The notes under the pieces: model-generated | Told to the model about the DNA's origin: nothing | The model's input: only the letters and a program-made list of their open reading frames with translations | The model's database searches: none | Shown: positions 31,851-43,292 of the stretch, in pieces | How the letters are laid out: each line of letters opens with the position of its first letter | Position numbering within the stretch: the stretch's first letter is position 1 | NCBI GenBank assembly: GCA_963760795.1 | Contig: CAVXEP010000003.1 | Coordinates: 96,001-160,000 of the forward strand | Direction of reading: 5' to 3' | DNA from: an uncultured delta proteobacterium | Lineage (GTDB): Bacteria; Desulfobacterota; Binatia; UBA9968 | Length of the DNA stretch: 64,000 bases | Translations under genes and position numbers: made by a program

Positions 31851-32467
31851 TTATTTCACCGCTCTAAGATCCGCAGTGAGAGCAGTGAGGATTTCTTCCA
31901 GCGCCAGATCCCAGCTTTTGACCAGCGCTTCCGGCGATCGGCTGCTCACCGGCACGGATTTCACATAGCGTTTCTGCAGGAGAATGCCTGGCTTAGCGGG
32001 TAGATCGCTGGTCAGAAAAAATTCCAGGTCGATGATCGCAGCCGGCGCATTGAGATTTCTGAAATCGCCGTAGATCCCGTTGACGGCGCCTTCCAACACA
32101 TAGCTCGGCGCCTGGCTATTCGATCGCGCTGATGACATACTTGAAAAGCTGCGCGCCGATCAAACTCTTGCGAATCTCTTCGCTGATCAATCCGGCCGGC
32201 GGGGCGATAAATTGATTGTAAAAATCGGTCTCGAAACCGCTGTCCGAAATCCGATAGACAAAACTTCGATCCTGGTAGCGCGGCGAAATACGCAAAGTCG
32301 ACACTTGCAAAATTTCATTATGAACCGCCCCGCCGGCCGGCGCCGGCGCGCGCACTTCCAAGACATAGAAACGCTTCTCGGGATAGCTGCGTTCAAGGGT
32401 GACGCAACCGCTGGCCAGCATGGCCAACATTGCTGCGGCCACAGATAAGAGTCCTAAATGATTTCAT
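31851..32467 (-). CDS. ABC-type transport auxiliary lipoprotein (PqiC-like; frameshifted)
   Basis: Lipobox LASGC; FVYR...DFYNQFIAPP; ORFs 32116-32442 and 31851-32138; downstream of the MCE gene. Confidence 0.75.
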
Positions 32468-33513
32468 CGTTGCATCACCTTCGAGGGCGGCGGCGGCGCG
32501 CCGAACAACACCTGGGATGGATACTTGCGCGAACTTTCCGTGAGCTCTTTGATGTCATTGGAAACCGCTTGCAAGTTCTCGACTGTGGCAGCGATCCCCT
32601 GCTGCTGGGTCGCGATCAATCGGTTCATGCGCTGTAAGGTTTGCCGGAGCTGGGCGCTGGTATCCGGCAAATCGGCGGTGACCGAATCGAGCCGTTTGAC
32701 CATCCGCTCCAAACTCTCTGCGGCGCGCGGCAAATCGGCGAGCATCTGATTGACCGGCGCTTGGGCGCGCTCGATGATCTGGCGCGCGCCGCTCGCCGCC
32801 GCCGCGCTGTCTTTGAAGGCGGATTTGATATCGCTGCTGCCGATCAACTCTTTCAACTGGCGATTGGTGTCGCGCACTTCGGTCAAAAACGCATTGGCCT
32901 GACCGCCGAGTTTATCGAAGTTCGCCCCTTCGGCGACTTTGGTGATCGTCAGCAGCGATTTTTCCAGACCGTCGACCAGCCGGCCGACATCGATGTCTTC
33001 CACGCTGCGGAGAATTTTTTCCACCGATTCGCTCAGCTGGGTAATGCGGCTGCGGCTCGACGGCACATAGGGATAATGGGGCTGCCAATCGATCTCCAGC
33101 GGTGGATTGCGCGCCGGATCCTGATAATCCGCCTCGATATAGGCCACACCGGTGACGCCTTGGGACGCCAGTCGGACGCGCAAACCTTTTTCGACTTCAG
33201 CCTGGAAACTTGGCGAGCCGGCATCGGCGAGAAATATTTTCGTCGTCAGGCCGATGCGCACCAAAACGTAGCGGCGCTTGGTCGGGTACTCGGCGCTGGT
33301 CAGGCTAATCGTCTCGACCTTGCCGACTTGCACGCCGCGGAATTTCACCGACGAGCCGACGTCGAGCCCCTGCACCGATTCGTCGATGTAAGTCTCGACC
33401 AGGACTTTTTTTTGAAAGATCGTGCCGACGCCGAGGGCGACCACGCCGATGGCGCCGATGATCGTGCCGACGATGACGAACAGACCGATCTTGAAGTAGC
33501 TGGCTTTTTCCAT
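32464..33513 (-). CDS. mlaD: MCE/MlaD family protein
   Basis: FKIGLFVI TM helix, ESVQGLDVGSSVKFRGVQVGKV MCE domain, long helical tail ending PSQVLFG. Confidence 0.9.
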   Translation of the reverse strand: MEKASYFKIGLFVIVGTIIGAIGVVALGVGTIFQKKVLVETYIDESVQGLDVGSSVKFRGVQVGKVETISLTSAEYPTKRRYVLVRIGLTTKIFLADAGSPSFQAEVEKGLRVRLASQGVTGVAYIEADYQDPARNPPLEIDWQPHYPYVPSSRSRITQLSESVEKILRSVEDIDVGRLVDGLEKSLLTITKVAEGANFDKLGGQANAFLTEVRDTNRQLKELIGSSDIKSAFKDSAAAASGARQIIERAQAPVNQMLADLPRAAESLERMVKRLDSVTADLPDTSAQLRQTLQRMNRLIATQQQGIAATVENLQAVSNDIKELTESSRKYPSQVLFGAPPPPSKVMQR

Positions 33514-33553
33514 TCCCGGTGTATTAGACGGCTAAGCAATGTGCTCTCCGGTG

Positions 33554-34332
33554 CTACGTTGGGTTATCGGCGGACGGCTGCCGGGAAAAAAACTGCCGCA
33601 CCCAGGGATTGTCGCTGCGATCGCGCAACTCCTGGGGTTTACCCGTGGCGACGATGCCCTTGACGCTGTTTATCCAACATAATCACCCGGTCCGCAATCG
33701 CGAAGATGCTCGCCAGCTCGTGGCGTGACGATGACAAAAGTTATTTTCAAGCTGCGCGCCAGCGACAAGATCAAATCGTCGAGTTCCGCCGAGGTGATCG
33801 GATCGAGCCCGGCCGACGGCTCGTCGAGAAACAGCATCTGCGGGTCGAGCGCCATGGCGCGGGCGATGGCGGCGCGCTTCTGCATGCCGCCGCACAGCTC
33901 CGACGGCATGTGATCGTCGAAGCCGCCAAGCCCGACCCGCTCGCAGCTTCATCGCGCGCGATCAGGCGAATCGCATCCGGCGGCAGATCGGTAAACTCCT
34001 CCAGCGGCAGACAGACATTTTCCAGCAGCGTCATCGAGCCGAACAGCGCGCCGCTCTGATACATGACGCCGAATTTTCGTAGATAGTCGTTGGCGCTCTC
34101 GCGCCTTCCACCGTGGCGATGTCGTCGCCGTCGATGAGGATGGTGCCCGCCGCCGGCGCATACAAGCCGATCATATGTTTGAGCAGCGTGCTCTTGCCGC
34201 AGCCCGAGCCGCCGAGAATGACGAACACTTCGCCGCGGTAGACTTCGAAGCTGAGCTGCTTGAGAATCACCTGGCCGTCGTAGGCCGCGGTAAAACCCTC
34301 CACTCGAATGAGCGTCGTCGCCGGTCGGTCAT
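33554..34332 (-). CDS. mlaF: MlaF-like ABC ATPase (several frameshifts)
   Basis: GGSGCGKSTLL, YQSGALFGSM, PSELCGGMQKRAAIARAMALDP, FLDEPSAGLDP. Confidence 0.85.
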
Positions 34333-34341
34333 GAGTGCTTG

Positions 34342-35482
34342 TCAGACCCAGAGGTAATAATAGATCACCGAAAAAATCCCGTCGGTGATGACGATCAGAA
34401 TGATGCCGCTCACCACCGCGTGGGTGGTGGACAAGCCGACGGCGCTGGCGCCGGTCTCGGTTTGCAGGCCGCGCAAGCAGCCGATGGCGGCGATCAGGAT
34501 GCCGAAGACGAAGGCCTTGACCAGCCCGCCGACCAAAGAACCGTAACTCACCGCCGACTGGAGTTGATGAAAAAAAGTGATCAGCGGAAAGCCGAGAGAC
34601 ATCATGACCACGGAGCCGCCCATCACGCCGAACAGATCGGCGAACACCGTGAGCAGCGGCGTCATGACCACGCGCGGCGAGCACCCGCGGCACGACCAGA
34701 AACCGCACCGGCTCCAGCCCCATGGTTTTGAGCGCGTCGATTTCCTCGCGCACCTTCATGGTGCCGATCTCGGCGGCGAAGGCCGAGCCCGAGCGGCCGG
34801 CGAGGATGATCGCGGTCATCAGCGGACCCATCTCGCGCAGCACCGACAAGCCGATCAGGTTGGCGACGAAGATCTCGGCGCCGAATTGGCGCAAGGCGAC
34901 CGCCGCCTGAAACGCCATGATGACGCCGACAAGAAAACTCAGCAAGGCGACGATCGGCAGCGCATTGACGCCGAGCTCTTCGGCGACGAGTAAAGTATCG
35001 CGCCAACGAACCATGCTGGGATGAAGCGCGGCCTTGACCAAGGCAAGACCGAGTTGGCCGATAAAACTAATCACCTCGCGCACATCGTCCCAGAGTTGCA
35101 CCGCCGACCGGCCAACCTCTTCGGCCAGCGGCACGCGAACTTTGGCTTTGCTCGGGGTAGTGTCGCTGCTGCCCTGGGACCAGTCGTCGAGCAGCTCTTG
35201 GAACTCCGGCCGCAGGCCGTGGATCTCCAGCTTGCCGCCGGCTTTTTGTTGCAGCCGGCGCAATTGAATCAGCAGGGCGATGCCGGAACCGTCACAATAA
35301 TCCATCGCTGAAGCGTCGAGATTCACCGTCGCCGCACGCGCCGCCGCCACGAGCCGGATCGAATCCCGCCACACGCGCCCGGTGCTGTCGGCGTCGAGCC
35401 GGCCGTCGATGGCGAGTTTGAGCAGGCCGTTGCGCGGGCCGTCGCTGCGCAGTTTGGCGCCATTGGAAATGGGTGAATCCAT
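34342..35482 (-). CDS. mlaE: MlaE permease with N-terminal STAS domain (frameshift near 34675)
   Basis: STAS LDASAMDYCDGSG; LREMGPLMTAIILAGRSGSAFAAEIGTMKVREEIDAL. Confidence 0.92.
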
Positions 35483-35533
35483 TTGAAGCTATTCGCGGTT
35501 GGTGTCTTTATTATGCGCGGTCCATCGGCGCGG

Positions 35534-36841
35534 TCAACTCACCAGCGCAGAGTTTTTTTGCGGTGGGCGTACCGCCAGACTCAAGAACGCCGCGATAATC
35601 AAAGCGACGACGAAGGCCAAGAACGACGACTGGTAGCTGCCGGTAACATCGTGGACAAAACCGAAGAACGGCGCCCCCACGGCGCCGAACGCGTGGGTCA
35701 CGAGAATACCCAGACCGCGCACCATGCCGAGGGAGACGCGACCGAAGTTGGTCGCCCAAATCAATTCTTGCAGCACCCAGCCGCCGCCCAAACCGATGCC
35801 GTAAAGAAAAAAGCCCAAGTAGACCGGCACCATCTGGCCGGTGGCGAGCACCAGCGCCAATCCCGCCGACTGAACCAAAAACATGATTAAGCTGGAATGG
35901 CGGATATCCATGCGCTCGCTGATCACGCCCCACACCATGGTCGAGCCAAGCTGCGTCGACGCGATAATGCTCAGCACCGTCGCCGCTACCAGCGGCGAGA
36001 AGCCGATGTCGGTGACGTAAGCGAACACATGCAGATTCAAACCGGCGATGCCGACGTTGGCCATGCCGTAGATGAAACAGATAAGCCAAAACGCTTTGGT
36101 GCGGATCACTTCGCGCCAGGTCCAGACCACTTCGTCCGCCGACAGGATTGCTTTTTTGTCGTCAGTCGATTGGCTGGCATCCACCGGAACCGCCGGCGCG
36201 TCCATGCCATCCGGCTGCAAGCCCAGTTCTTCCGGGCTGCGCCGCATGAAGATCAAAGCGGGAAACACTACCAGGGCCAAGGTGATCAGACCAAAGATCG
36301 ACCAGGTCAGCCGCCAGCCGACCCAGGCGAACAGCGTCGCGGTCACTATCGGAATACAAACTTTGGCAAATCCCTGACCCATGCTGGCGATGGCGATGGC
36401 CCGCCCGCGTTTGCGCACGAACCAGCGCGACACCGTCACGCTGACGATCATGTGACACATGAACACGCCGCCGATGGCGACGAAAATCCAACGCAGCAAA
36501 AGAAACTGCCAGAACGCGTCGACCTGGCTCATCAGCACGAAACCCAACCCCGCCGAAAGCGCGCCGCCGGCCATCAACCAGCGGCCGCCGAAACGATCGA
36601 CCATCGGTCCCACCAGCGGCGCCATCGCCGCGCCGATGAGGATTTCCCCCGAGCGCAAAAGCGAGAACAAGCCGCGCGACACGCCTAAGTCCTCGGTCAA
36701 CGGTTTCAAGAACACGCTCAGCGTGCTCGACATGTGAAATGCGCAAACGACATGAGAAAGAAAGCCGACGCCGACAATATACCAGCCGTAGAAGAACTTA
36801 CGGTCGGACCGGAAAGATGAAAATGTTGTGGGAGAATTCAA
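35534..36841 (-). CDS. MFS transporter
   Basis: FFYGWYIV start, GPMVDRFGGR, about 12 TM helices; start codon uncertain. Confidence 0.88.
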   Translation of the reverse strand: MNSPTTFSSFRSDRKFFYGWYIVGVGFLSHVVCAFHMSSTLSVFLKPLTEDLGVSRGLFSLLRSGEILIGAAMAPLVGPMVDRFGGRWLMAGGALSAGLGFVLMSQVDAFWQFLLLRWIFVAIGGVFMCHMIVSVTVSRWFVRKRGRAIAIASMGQGFAKVCIPIVTATLFAWVGWRLTWSIFGLITLALVVFPALIFMRRSPEELGLQPDGMDAPAVPVDASQSTDDKKAILSADEVVWTWREVIRTKAFWLICFIYGMANVGIAGLNLHVFAYVTDIGFSPLVAATVLSIIASTQLGSTMVWGVISERMDIRHSSLIMFLVQSAGLALVLATGQMVPVYLGFFLYGIGLGGGWVLQELIWATNFGRVSLGMVRGLGILVTHAFGAVGAPFFGFVHDVTGSYQSSFLAFVVALIIAAFLSLAVRPPQKNSALVS

Positions 36842-36991
36842 GTCACAGCCGTTGCCGGAAAGAGTTTTCAAACTATCAAGAATCGCCGCGATTGTAAAAG
36901 CGCCGCCGGTTGAACCTGCGAGAACCGATGAGATATAAAAAACCCATCCGACAAGCACGGTCACGAACTACGATTACGGAGGAGCCAAGCT

Positions 36992-37343
36992 ATGGCAAAA
37001 AAGGGGCTGAGCCACATCGCGCTTAAAGTGCGCGATTTGAAAAAGACCGAGGACTTCTACGTCGGAATCTTGGGACTAAAAGTAGCGTTCCGCCATCCGC
37101 CCAGCATGATTTTCCTGACCACGCCCGGCAGCGGCGATCTGCTGAACTTCGTCAAGACCGCTCAACGCGTCAACAGCCAACCAAGGCCTCGAACATTTCG
37201 GCTTCAAAGTCACCAGCGCGGAACTGAAAAAGCTCGAAGCAAAATTCAAAAAGCTAGGCATCAAAATCGACGGCCGCCGCGGCAAAACCGCTTTCTACAT
37301 CACCGATCCCAACGGCTATCAACTGGAATACTATTGCGACTGA
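36992..37343 (+). CDS. VOC/glyoxalase family protein (frameshift near 37180)
   Basis: LSHIALKVRDLKKTEDFYVGILGL; shifted frame gives LEHFGFKV...YITDPNGYQLE. Confidence 0.85.
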
Positions 37344-37373
37344 CCTGGCGACTCTAAGGAATTGAAGTCACCA

Positions 37374-37496
37374 ATGAGGGAATCAAAAAAAATCCGCATC
37401 ACCGGCGCCGCCCTGATCGGCTGCCACAGCGCCAACGACTTGACCCAGCGCGGCGACAATTTCACACTCTACGACATCAATCCCAATCAAGCCTAG
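37374..37496 (+). pseudogene. Remnant of an NAD-dependent epimerase/dehydratase N-terminus
   Basis: KIRITGAALIGCHSANDLTQRGDNFTLYDINP* resembles a decayed Rossmann ITGxGxIG...YD motif. Confidence 0.5.
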
Positions 37497-37625
37497 ATCG
37501 ACGCCATCGCCGCAAGCAACGATGCGCGAGAGCATAATCCTTCGCGGTGCATCTTCCTTTTCCCAACTTTGTGACCCTTGCGTTCTTTGCGGCCAATTCT
37601 CCGATCCGGCATCTTCACTTTGCGC

Positions 37626-38683
37626 TCAAAATAAACTCAACTGGTCCTTCTCCGGCCGGCGGAAATGTTCCGTCGTCAGCTTGGGCCAGCGTTCGGTGAT
37701 CCCCGACTTCTTGCGCGCTAGTTGAAACAGCGCCGCCATCTGCTCGGCGTAAATCCCCTCGCCGCGCATGCGCGATTTGAAGTTGGGATCGTTGAGCTTG
37801 CCGCCGCGGATCTCGCGCACGCGGTGAAGAATTTTATCTTTTTTGTCGGGATAGTGCTGGCCGAGCCACTGTCTCGAACAATTCTTTAACGGCGAACGGC
37901 AACCGCAACGCCACGTAACCGGAGAACGTCGCGCCGGCCTGCGCCGCGGCGACGGCGATGGCCGGCGCTTCGGAGTCAGTCAGGCCGGGAATCATCGGCG
38001 CTTGCAGATACCCCACCGGCACGCCGGCGTCGGCTAATTTTCGAATCGCCGCCAGACGGCGGGCCGGAGTAGAGCCGCGCGGTTCCAGCGCCGACGCGAG
38101 TTTCCCATCCAGTGTCGTTAACGAGATCGTCACGCCGATGCAGTCAAACTTGGCTAACTCTGAAAGAACATCGATGTCACGGGTGACTAAATGGTTCTTG
38201 GTGATGATGACTACTGGATTGCGAAACTCCAAAAGTACTTCCAAGCAGCGCCGGGTCAGCCGGTATTTATTTTCCGCCGGTTGATAGCAATCGGTGACGC
38301 CGCTCATGCCAAGCAGCTGCGGTCGCCAATTGCGACTCGACAATTCCTTTCGCAGCAGTTCCGGCGCGTCCTCCTTGACCATGATCTTGGTCTCGAAGTC
38401 CAGGCCGGCGGAGAAGCCGAGATACTCGTGCGTCGGACGAGCGTAGCAATAAACGCAACCATGCTCGCAGCCGCGATAGGGATTGATGCTGGCATCGAAG
38501 CCGACATCGGGGCTGTCGTTGAAGGCGATCAGGGATTTCGAACTGTCACGGTAAAACTGCGTGTGAGGGGCGGAAACTTCGTCGCTATCCTCTGGCGGCT
38601 CGGGCACCCGATCGATCGGACTCGAAACGGTTTTTCGGGTTGGTCGCCGAACCGCGGCCGCGCAGAGGAGGCGGCGTAATCAT
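37626..38683 (-). CDS. PA0069/Rv2578c-family radical SAM protein (frameshifted)
   Basis: RGRGSATNPKNRFE, SINPYRGCEHGCVYCYARPTHEY, SGVTDCYQPAE, C-terminal RGGKLNDPNFKSRMRGEG...QLSLF. Confidence 0.9.
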
Positions 38684-38693
38684 GACTTTGCAA

Positions 38694-39021
38694 CTAGGCG
38701 CTGACTTCGGTCGCTGCAGCAGCTTCGGCAGCCTTGGCTGCGTCAGCAGCCTCTTTGGCTGCGGCAGCCTTAGCGTCGGCTGCGGTCTTCGCGGCTGCGG
38801 CCTTTTCCGCAGTCTCTTTGGCAGCGGCTTCGGCGGCAGCCTTTGCCGCCACAGCCTTCTTCTCGCCAGCGAGCACGCGGCTGGTGCGCTTGAGCAGGCG
38901 GATCTTCCTTTGCAGCAGGCGCACCTTCTTGCGATCGGGTGTTGCAGCGTTGAGTTCAGCCTTTTGTTTGGCTAGTTGGCGGATGTTTTGTTTGACGGTC
39001 GATAATTCGGCTAGCTTCCAT
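38694..39021 (-). CDS. Small basic protein with Ala/Lys-rich tail (frameshift just after the start)
   Basis: RBS GGGAGGG before ATG 39021; ELSTVKQNIRQLAKQKAEL...RKKVRLLQRKIRLLKR...AAKAAAEAAAK. Confidence 0.7.
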
Positions 39022-39082
39022 CGAGAAATTCCCTCCCTTTATGAGTCGCTTTTTGGTACCATATTTTTCGACTGAAACTAAA

Positions 39083-39748
39083 ATGACCGCTCAAACGCCG
39101 AAAAGCGCCAATTCCGATCCGCGGGATAACCTCAAAAAGATCCTGCCCCGGCTTGAAAAAACCCACCCCGACGCCAAACTCGATCTCGATTTCACCAATC
39201 CGTTGGAATTGCTGATCGCATTGATCCTCGCCGCACAGGCGCGCGACGATCTGGTCACCAAAGTCACACCAGAACTGTTCAAAGCGAACCAAACCGCCGC
39301 AGACTATGCCGCACTGCCGCTGCCAGAATTGGAAAAGCAGATCGGCAAGATCAACTTCTACCGCAACAAAGCCAAATCGATTCACAACTGTTGCGTGCAA
39401 CTGGTCGAACGCTTCGGCGGGAGAGTTCCCGACAATCTAGCAGACCTCGTCAGCCTCCCCGGCGTCGGCCGTAAGACTGCTAATATCGTCCTCGGCAACG
39501 GTTTCGGCGAGCAAACTATCGGCGTCGACACTCATGTCATGCGTCTATCGCAACGGCTCGGCTTCACGACCAAAACCGATCCGGACAAGATCGAAGCCGA
39601 CCTGATGACAATCGTCCCGAAAAGACAACGGGTGCGCTTCTGCCACCTGATGCAGTACCACGGCCGCCGCGTCTGCTTAGCCAAGAAACCTAAGTGCCCG
39701 GAGTGCACCGTCAAAGATCTCTGTCCATTCCCGGCGAAGACTGAGTAG
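39083..39748 (+). CDS. nth: Endonuclease III
   Basis: HhH LPGVGRKTANIVL, VDTHV, and C-x6-C-x2-C-x5-C Fe-S motif. Confidence 0.95.
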   Translation: MTAQTPKSANSDPRDNLKKILPRLEKTHPDAKLDLDFTNPLELLIALILAAQARDDLVTKVTPELFKANQTAADYAALPLPELEKQIGKINFYRNKAKSIHNCCVQLVERFGGRVPDNLADLVSLPGVGRKTANIVLGNGFGEQTIGVDTHVMRLSQRLGFTTKTDPDKIEADLMTIVPKRQRVRFCHLMQYHGRRVCLAKKPKCPECTVKDLCPFPAKTE

Positions 39749-40125
39749 CAACTCAGATTCCGTAGAGGTCTAAACCGATGAAATTCACCTATGGAGAAAT
39801 GGCTCATCGCACAAGAAGTGAAAGTCATTCACGCCGCGATACCGACTTACCGGGTCGCGAAGTCGTGACTCCTCATTGTCGGCGCGCATTTTGCATAGTA
39901 AATCACCGCTAATGAGCGAAATGATTCAAATGAGCATGACCCCTGTCATCACCGACACCAGCCGGATGAAACGGGAGATCGTGCCGGCACTCATCTATCC
40001 GACTCTCAAAGAACGCCTGATGGCGCTCTTAAGCCGCGGCAGGGCGCGGCGCTGCACCTATCGGCATTGTTCGGCAAGCGGATTTTAGTTAGCATCGAAC
40101 CACCAGCGTTGAGCCACCGGAACCC

Positions 40126-40887
40126 ATGAGTGAAATCCTCCAACCACCGTCATCGTCCCATTTGATGCGCGAAGCGCGCGGCCTGATCGAGTTACCGCGG
40201 CTTCTTTTAAGATTTCCCTCCCTCGCGCGCCAGCCGCGCGGCAACGGCGAACCGATTCTCGTCCTTCCTGGCTATGGCGCCGGCGACGGCTCGACGATGA
40301 TTCTCAAGGGCTATTTGCGTCTACTCGGCTATCGAGCGCGGGGTTGGGGTCTGGGCCGAAATCGCGGCGCTGCCAGCGAGTCGCTGCCGCGGCTTTTGCG
40401 GCGGTTGGGAAATTTATCCCGACGGAGCAAGCAAAAGGTCGCCATCATTGGCTGGAGCTTCGGCGGGTACTTGGCCCGCGAGCTGGCGCGCGAGCGTCCC
40501 GACCTCGTTCGTCTGGTGATTACCCTGGGCACGCCGGTCGTCGGCGGCCCCAAATACACGGCTGCGGCGGAATCCTATCGCAAGCGCGGTATCGATGTTG
40601 AAGCCATCGCCGCCGAGGTCGAGCTGCGCAGTAAAATGGCCAACCTGGAGGTACCGGTGGTGGCGATCTACTCGCGCAAGGATTCGGTGGTGGCTTGGCA
40701 AGCATGTATAGACGGTCAAACTCCCAACATCGAACATGTCGAAGTGATATCGACTCACCTCGGATTCGGCTTTTCCGCCGATGTTTACAAAGTTATCGCG
40801 GTGCGGCTAACGCAGTTCAAGGGGCATGGCGTCGCACCCGCGACGCGGCGACGGCAGCGCCTGAAACTAGAGAGGCTGCCGCGCTGA
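40126..40887 (+). CDS. Alpha/beta hydrolase (esterase/lipase)
   Basis: LVLPGYG, GWSFGG nucleophile elbow, YSRKDSVV, STHLG. Confidence 0.88.
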   Translation: MSEILQPPSSSHLMREARGLIELPRLLLRFPSLARQPRGNGEPILVLPGYGAGDGSTMILKGYLRLLGYRARGWGLGRNRGAASESLPRLLRRLGNLSRRSKQKVAIIGWSFGGYLARELARERPDLVRLVITLGTPVVGGPKYTAAAESYRKRGIDVEAIAAEVELRSKMANLEVPVVAIYSRKDSVVAWQACIDGQTPNIEHVEVISTHLGFGFSADVYKVIAVRLTQFKGHGVAPATRRRQRLKLERLPR

Positions 40888-40931
40888 AACGAATCACCGC
40901 AACCAAGCTCGACGATAACGAAAGCGAACCC

Positions 40932-41414
40932 ATGGAAGTCATTGTCTACTGGGTCGGCGCGGCTCTTCTGGTCGGACTCGGTTTGCTCGGACTCGTCCTA
41001 CCCGGCTTACCCGGTGCGCCGTTAATCCTGATGGGTCTCATTCTTGGCGCATGGGCTAACGATTTTACTTACGTCGGCCTGTGGACGATAGTCGTTCTGG
41101 CGATTCTGGCAGGATTGACTTACGCCGTGGACTTTTGGGCGACAATGTTTGGCGCCAAGAAATTCGGCGCATCCAAACGCGCGATCATCGGTGCTCTTAT
41201 CGGAGTCGTCGCCGGCCTGTTTCTCGGCCTGCCCGGTGTCATCTTCGGACCGTTCATCGGCGCGGTGATCGGCGAGCTGTCGGCCCAGAGAAATCTGCAA
41301 CAGGCCGCCCGCGCCGGCATCGGCGCCACCATCGGCTTAGTCCTCGGCGCCGCGCTCAAAATCGCCTTGGCTTTGGCGATGATCGGAATTTTCGCGGTGA
41401 CACGGTTTTTGTAG
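40932..41414 (+). CDS. DUF456 family membrane protein
   Basis: LPGLPGAPL, GAKKFGASKRAIIGA, GPFIGAVIGE. Confidence 0.88.
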   Translation: MEVIVYWVGAALLVGLGLLGLVLPGLPGAPLILMGLILGAWANDFTYVGLWTIVVLAILAGLTYAVDFWATMFGAKKFGASKRAIIGALIGVVAGLFLGLPGVIFGPFIGAVIGELSAQRNLQQAARAGIGATIGLVLGAALKIALALAMIGIFAVTRFL

Positions 41415-41550
41415 ATTATGAACAGTTAATCAGCGTCGCGCTGCACCGTCGCCGGTGCGAAGGCGGGCAAGCAAACCGCGACGTATTGAACTTGGCGAAC
41501 CCGCCGCAGGCAAACAAGGCTTGCAAGCTAATCGCACGCCTCAACTGGCA

Positions 41551-41662
41551 AGATCCTCGCGGAGTTTATCCCGAGTGTAGCCCAAGGGTTCGGGATGACG
41601 GCTCCCCAAATCTGTCATTTCGGGCCCTTCGGCAAGCTCAGGATAGACTCCGCGAGAAATCT
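41551..41662. repeat. Long palindromic intergenic element (REP/MITE-like)
   Basis: AGATCCTCGCGGAGTTTATCCCGAG...GGGTTCGGGATGAC pairs with GTCATTTCGGGCCCTTCGGCAAGCTCAGGATAGACTCCGCGAGAAATCT. Confidence 0.7.
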
Positions 41663-41788
41663 TTCTCACTCCTAGCACCACGCCAAAATCATACCGACCA
41701 TTACCGTCTGCCACGCTAACAAGTCCCGTTACCTTGAATTGTGATATATCTGCTTTCTGTCGATCCCGAGAGGACCTTAGCGTAATTC

Positions 41789-43292
41789 ATGCTTGAGTCT
41801 CTGACCAGCCTTGCCTACGGCTTTAACATCGCGCTACAGCCGCATAACCTTTTCTACTGTTTTATTGGCGTCACTATGGGAACGCTCGTCGGCGTCCTTC
41901 CCGGTATCGGTCCGACAGCGACCATCGCTCTGCTCTTGCCGGCCACGTTCGCGCTCAACCCGATCTCCGCCATCATTATGCTCTCGGGAATTTGCTATGG
42001 CGCCATGTACGGCGGTTCGACCACCTCCATCTTGTTGAATATCCCCGGTGAGGCATCTTCTGTCGTCACCTGCTTCGACGGCTATCAGATGGCCCGTCAA
42101 GGCCGGGCAGGCGCCGCGCTTGGGATATCCGCGTTTAGTTCTTTCATCGCCGGCACCGTCAGCATCTTCGGTCTTATCCTGCTCGCGCCGACGCTCGCCG
42201 AATTCGCGCTCAAATTCGGCCCGCCGGAATATTTCGCGCTCATGGTCATGGGGCTGACCGTGGTGGCTTATCTCGCGAGAAAATCCATGGCCAAAGCTCT
42301 GATGATGGCGGTCTTCGGCATCATTCTGGGATGCGTCGGCCTGGACCCGATCACGGCCACGCCGCGCTTTACTTTCGGTATCCTGGAGCTTGCCGACGGC
42401 ATCGGCATAGCCCCAGTGGTCATGGGGTTATTCGGCATCGCCGAAGTTCTGGAAAACCTCGGCGTGCTGAGCAAGACCGAAATCTTTGCCGGAAAGATCA
42501 ACGGGACTTTTCCCCAACCGTGAAGACTGGCGACGATCCATAGGTCCGATAACCCGCGGCTCGCTGTTAGGATTTTTCCTTGGACTCTTACCGGGCGTGG
42601 GCGCCATCGTGCCGCAATTTTTGAGCTATGCCCTGGAAAAGAAGCTCGCGCGTCATCCAGAACGATTCGGCAACGGTGCGATCGAGGGCGTCGCGTCGCC
42701 GGAGGCATGCAACAATGCCGCGGTGGGCGGCACTTTCATCCCGCTTTTGAGCTTGGGCATCCCTTCCACCGCGATGACGGCGATCTTGCTCGGCGCGCTG
42801 ATGATCTACGGCCTCACCCCAGGGCCGCTGTTGATCAAGAATTCGCCGGATCTTTTTTGGGGCGTGATCGCCAGCATGTACATCGGCAACGTCATGCTTT
42901 TAATACTCAACTTGCCGCTGATACCCTTGTGGGTGCGCGTATTGAAAATCCCCTACTCTTATCTTTCGTCTTTTATCATCCTGTTTTGCTTGATCGGCGC
43001 CTATAGCCTCAACAACAGCACCACCGACATTTATATTGCGGTCATTTTCAGCCTCGTCGGCCTGCTCATGAAAAAATTCGCATTCGAGCCCGCGCCGCTG
43101 GTGCTGGCGTTCGTTTTAGGTCCTCTGCTTGAGACCGCGTTGCGGCGCTCGCTGATTCTCTCCGACGGCAGTTTTTTGATTTTCCTGCAACGGCCGATAT
43201 CGGCGGGGTTTATTTTGTTCGCCGTCGTTGTGCTCGTGACGCCGCTGTTCAGCCAAATCAGATTGGGACGTGGACTCAGTGAAGAGGACTAA
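41789..43292 (+). CDS. tctA: Tripartite tricarboxylate transporter permease TctA (frameshift near 42510)
   Basis: GTLVGVLPGIG, YGAMYGGSTTSILLNIPG, DGYQMARQGRAG, EGVASPEACNNA, LGIP. Confidence 0.93.

Noticed and set aside
34031-35482. Apparent MlaE-MlaF fusion ORF (483 aa)
   Set aside because: Produced by frameshifts; the true MlaE C-terminus is in ORF 34342-34671.
41415-41719. ORF 41081-41719 extending past the DUF456 gene
   Set aside because: Overlaps a real gene out of frame and runs through a palindromic repeat.
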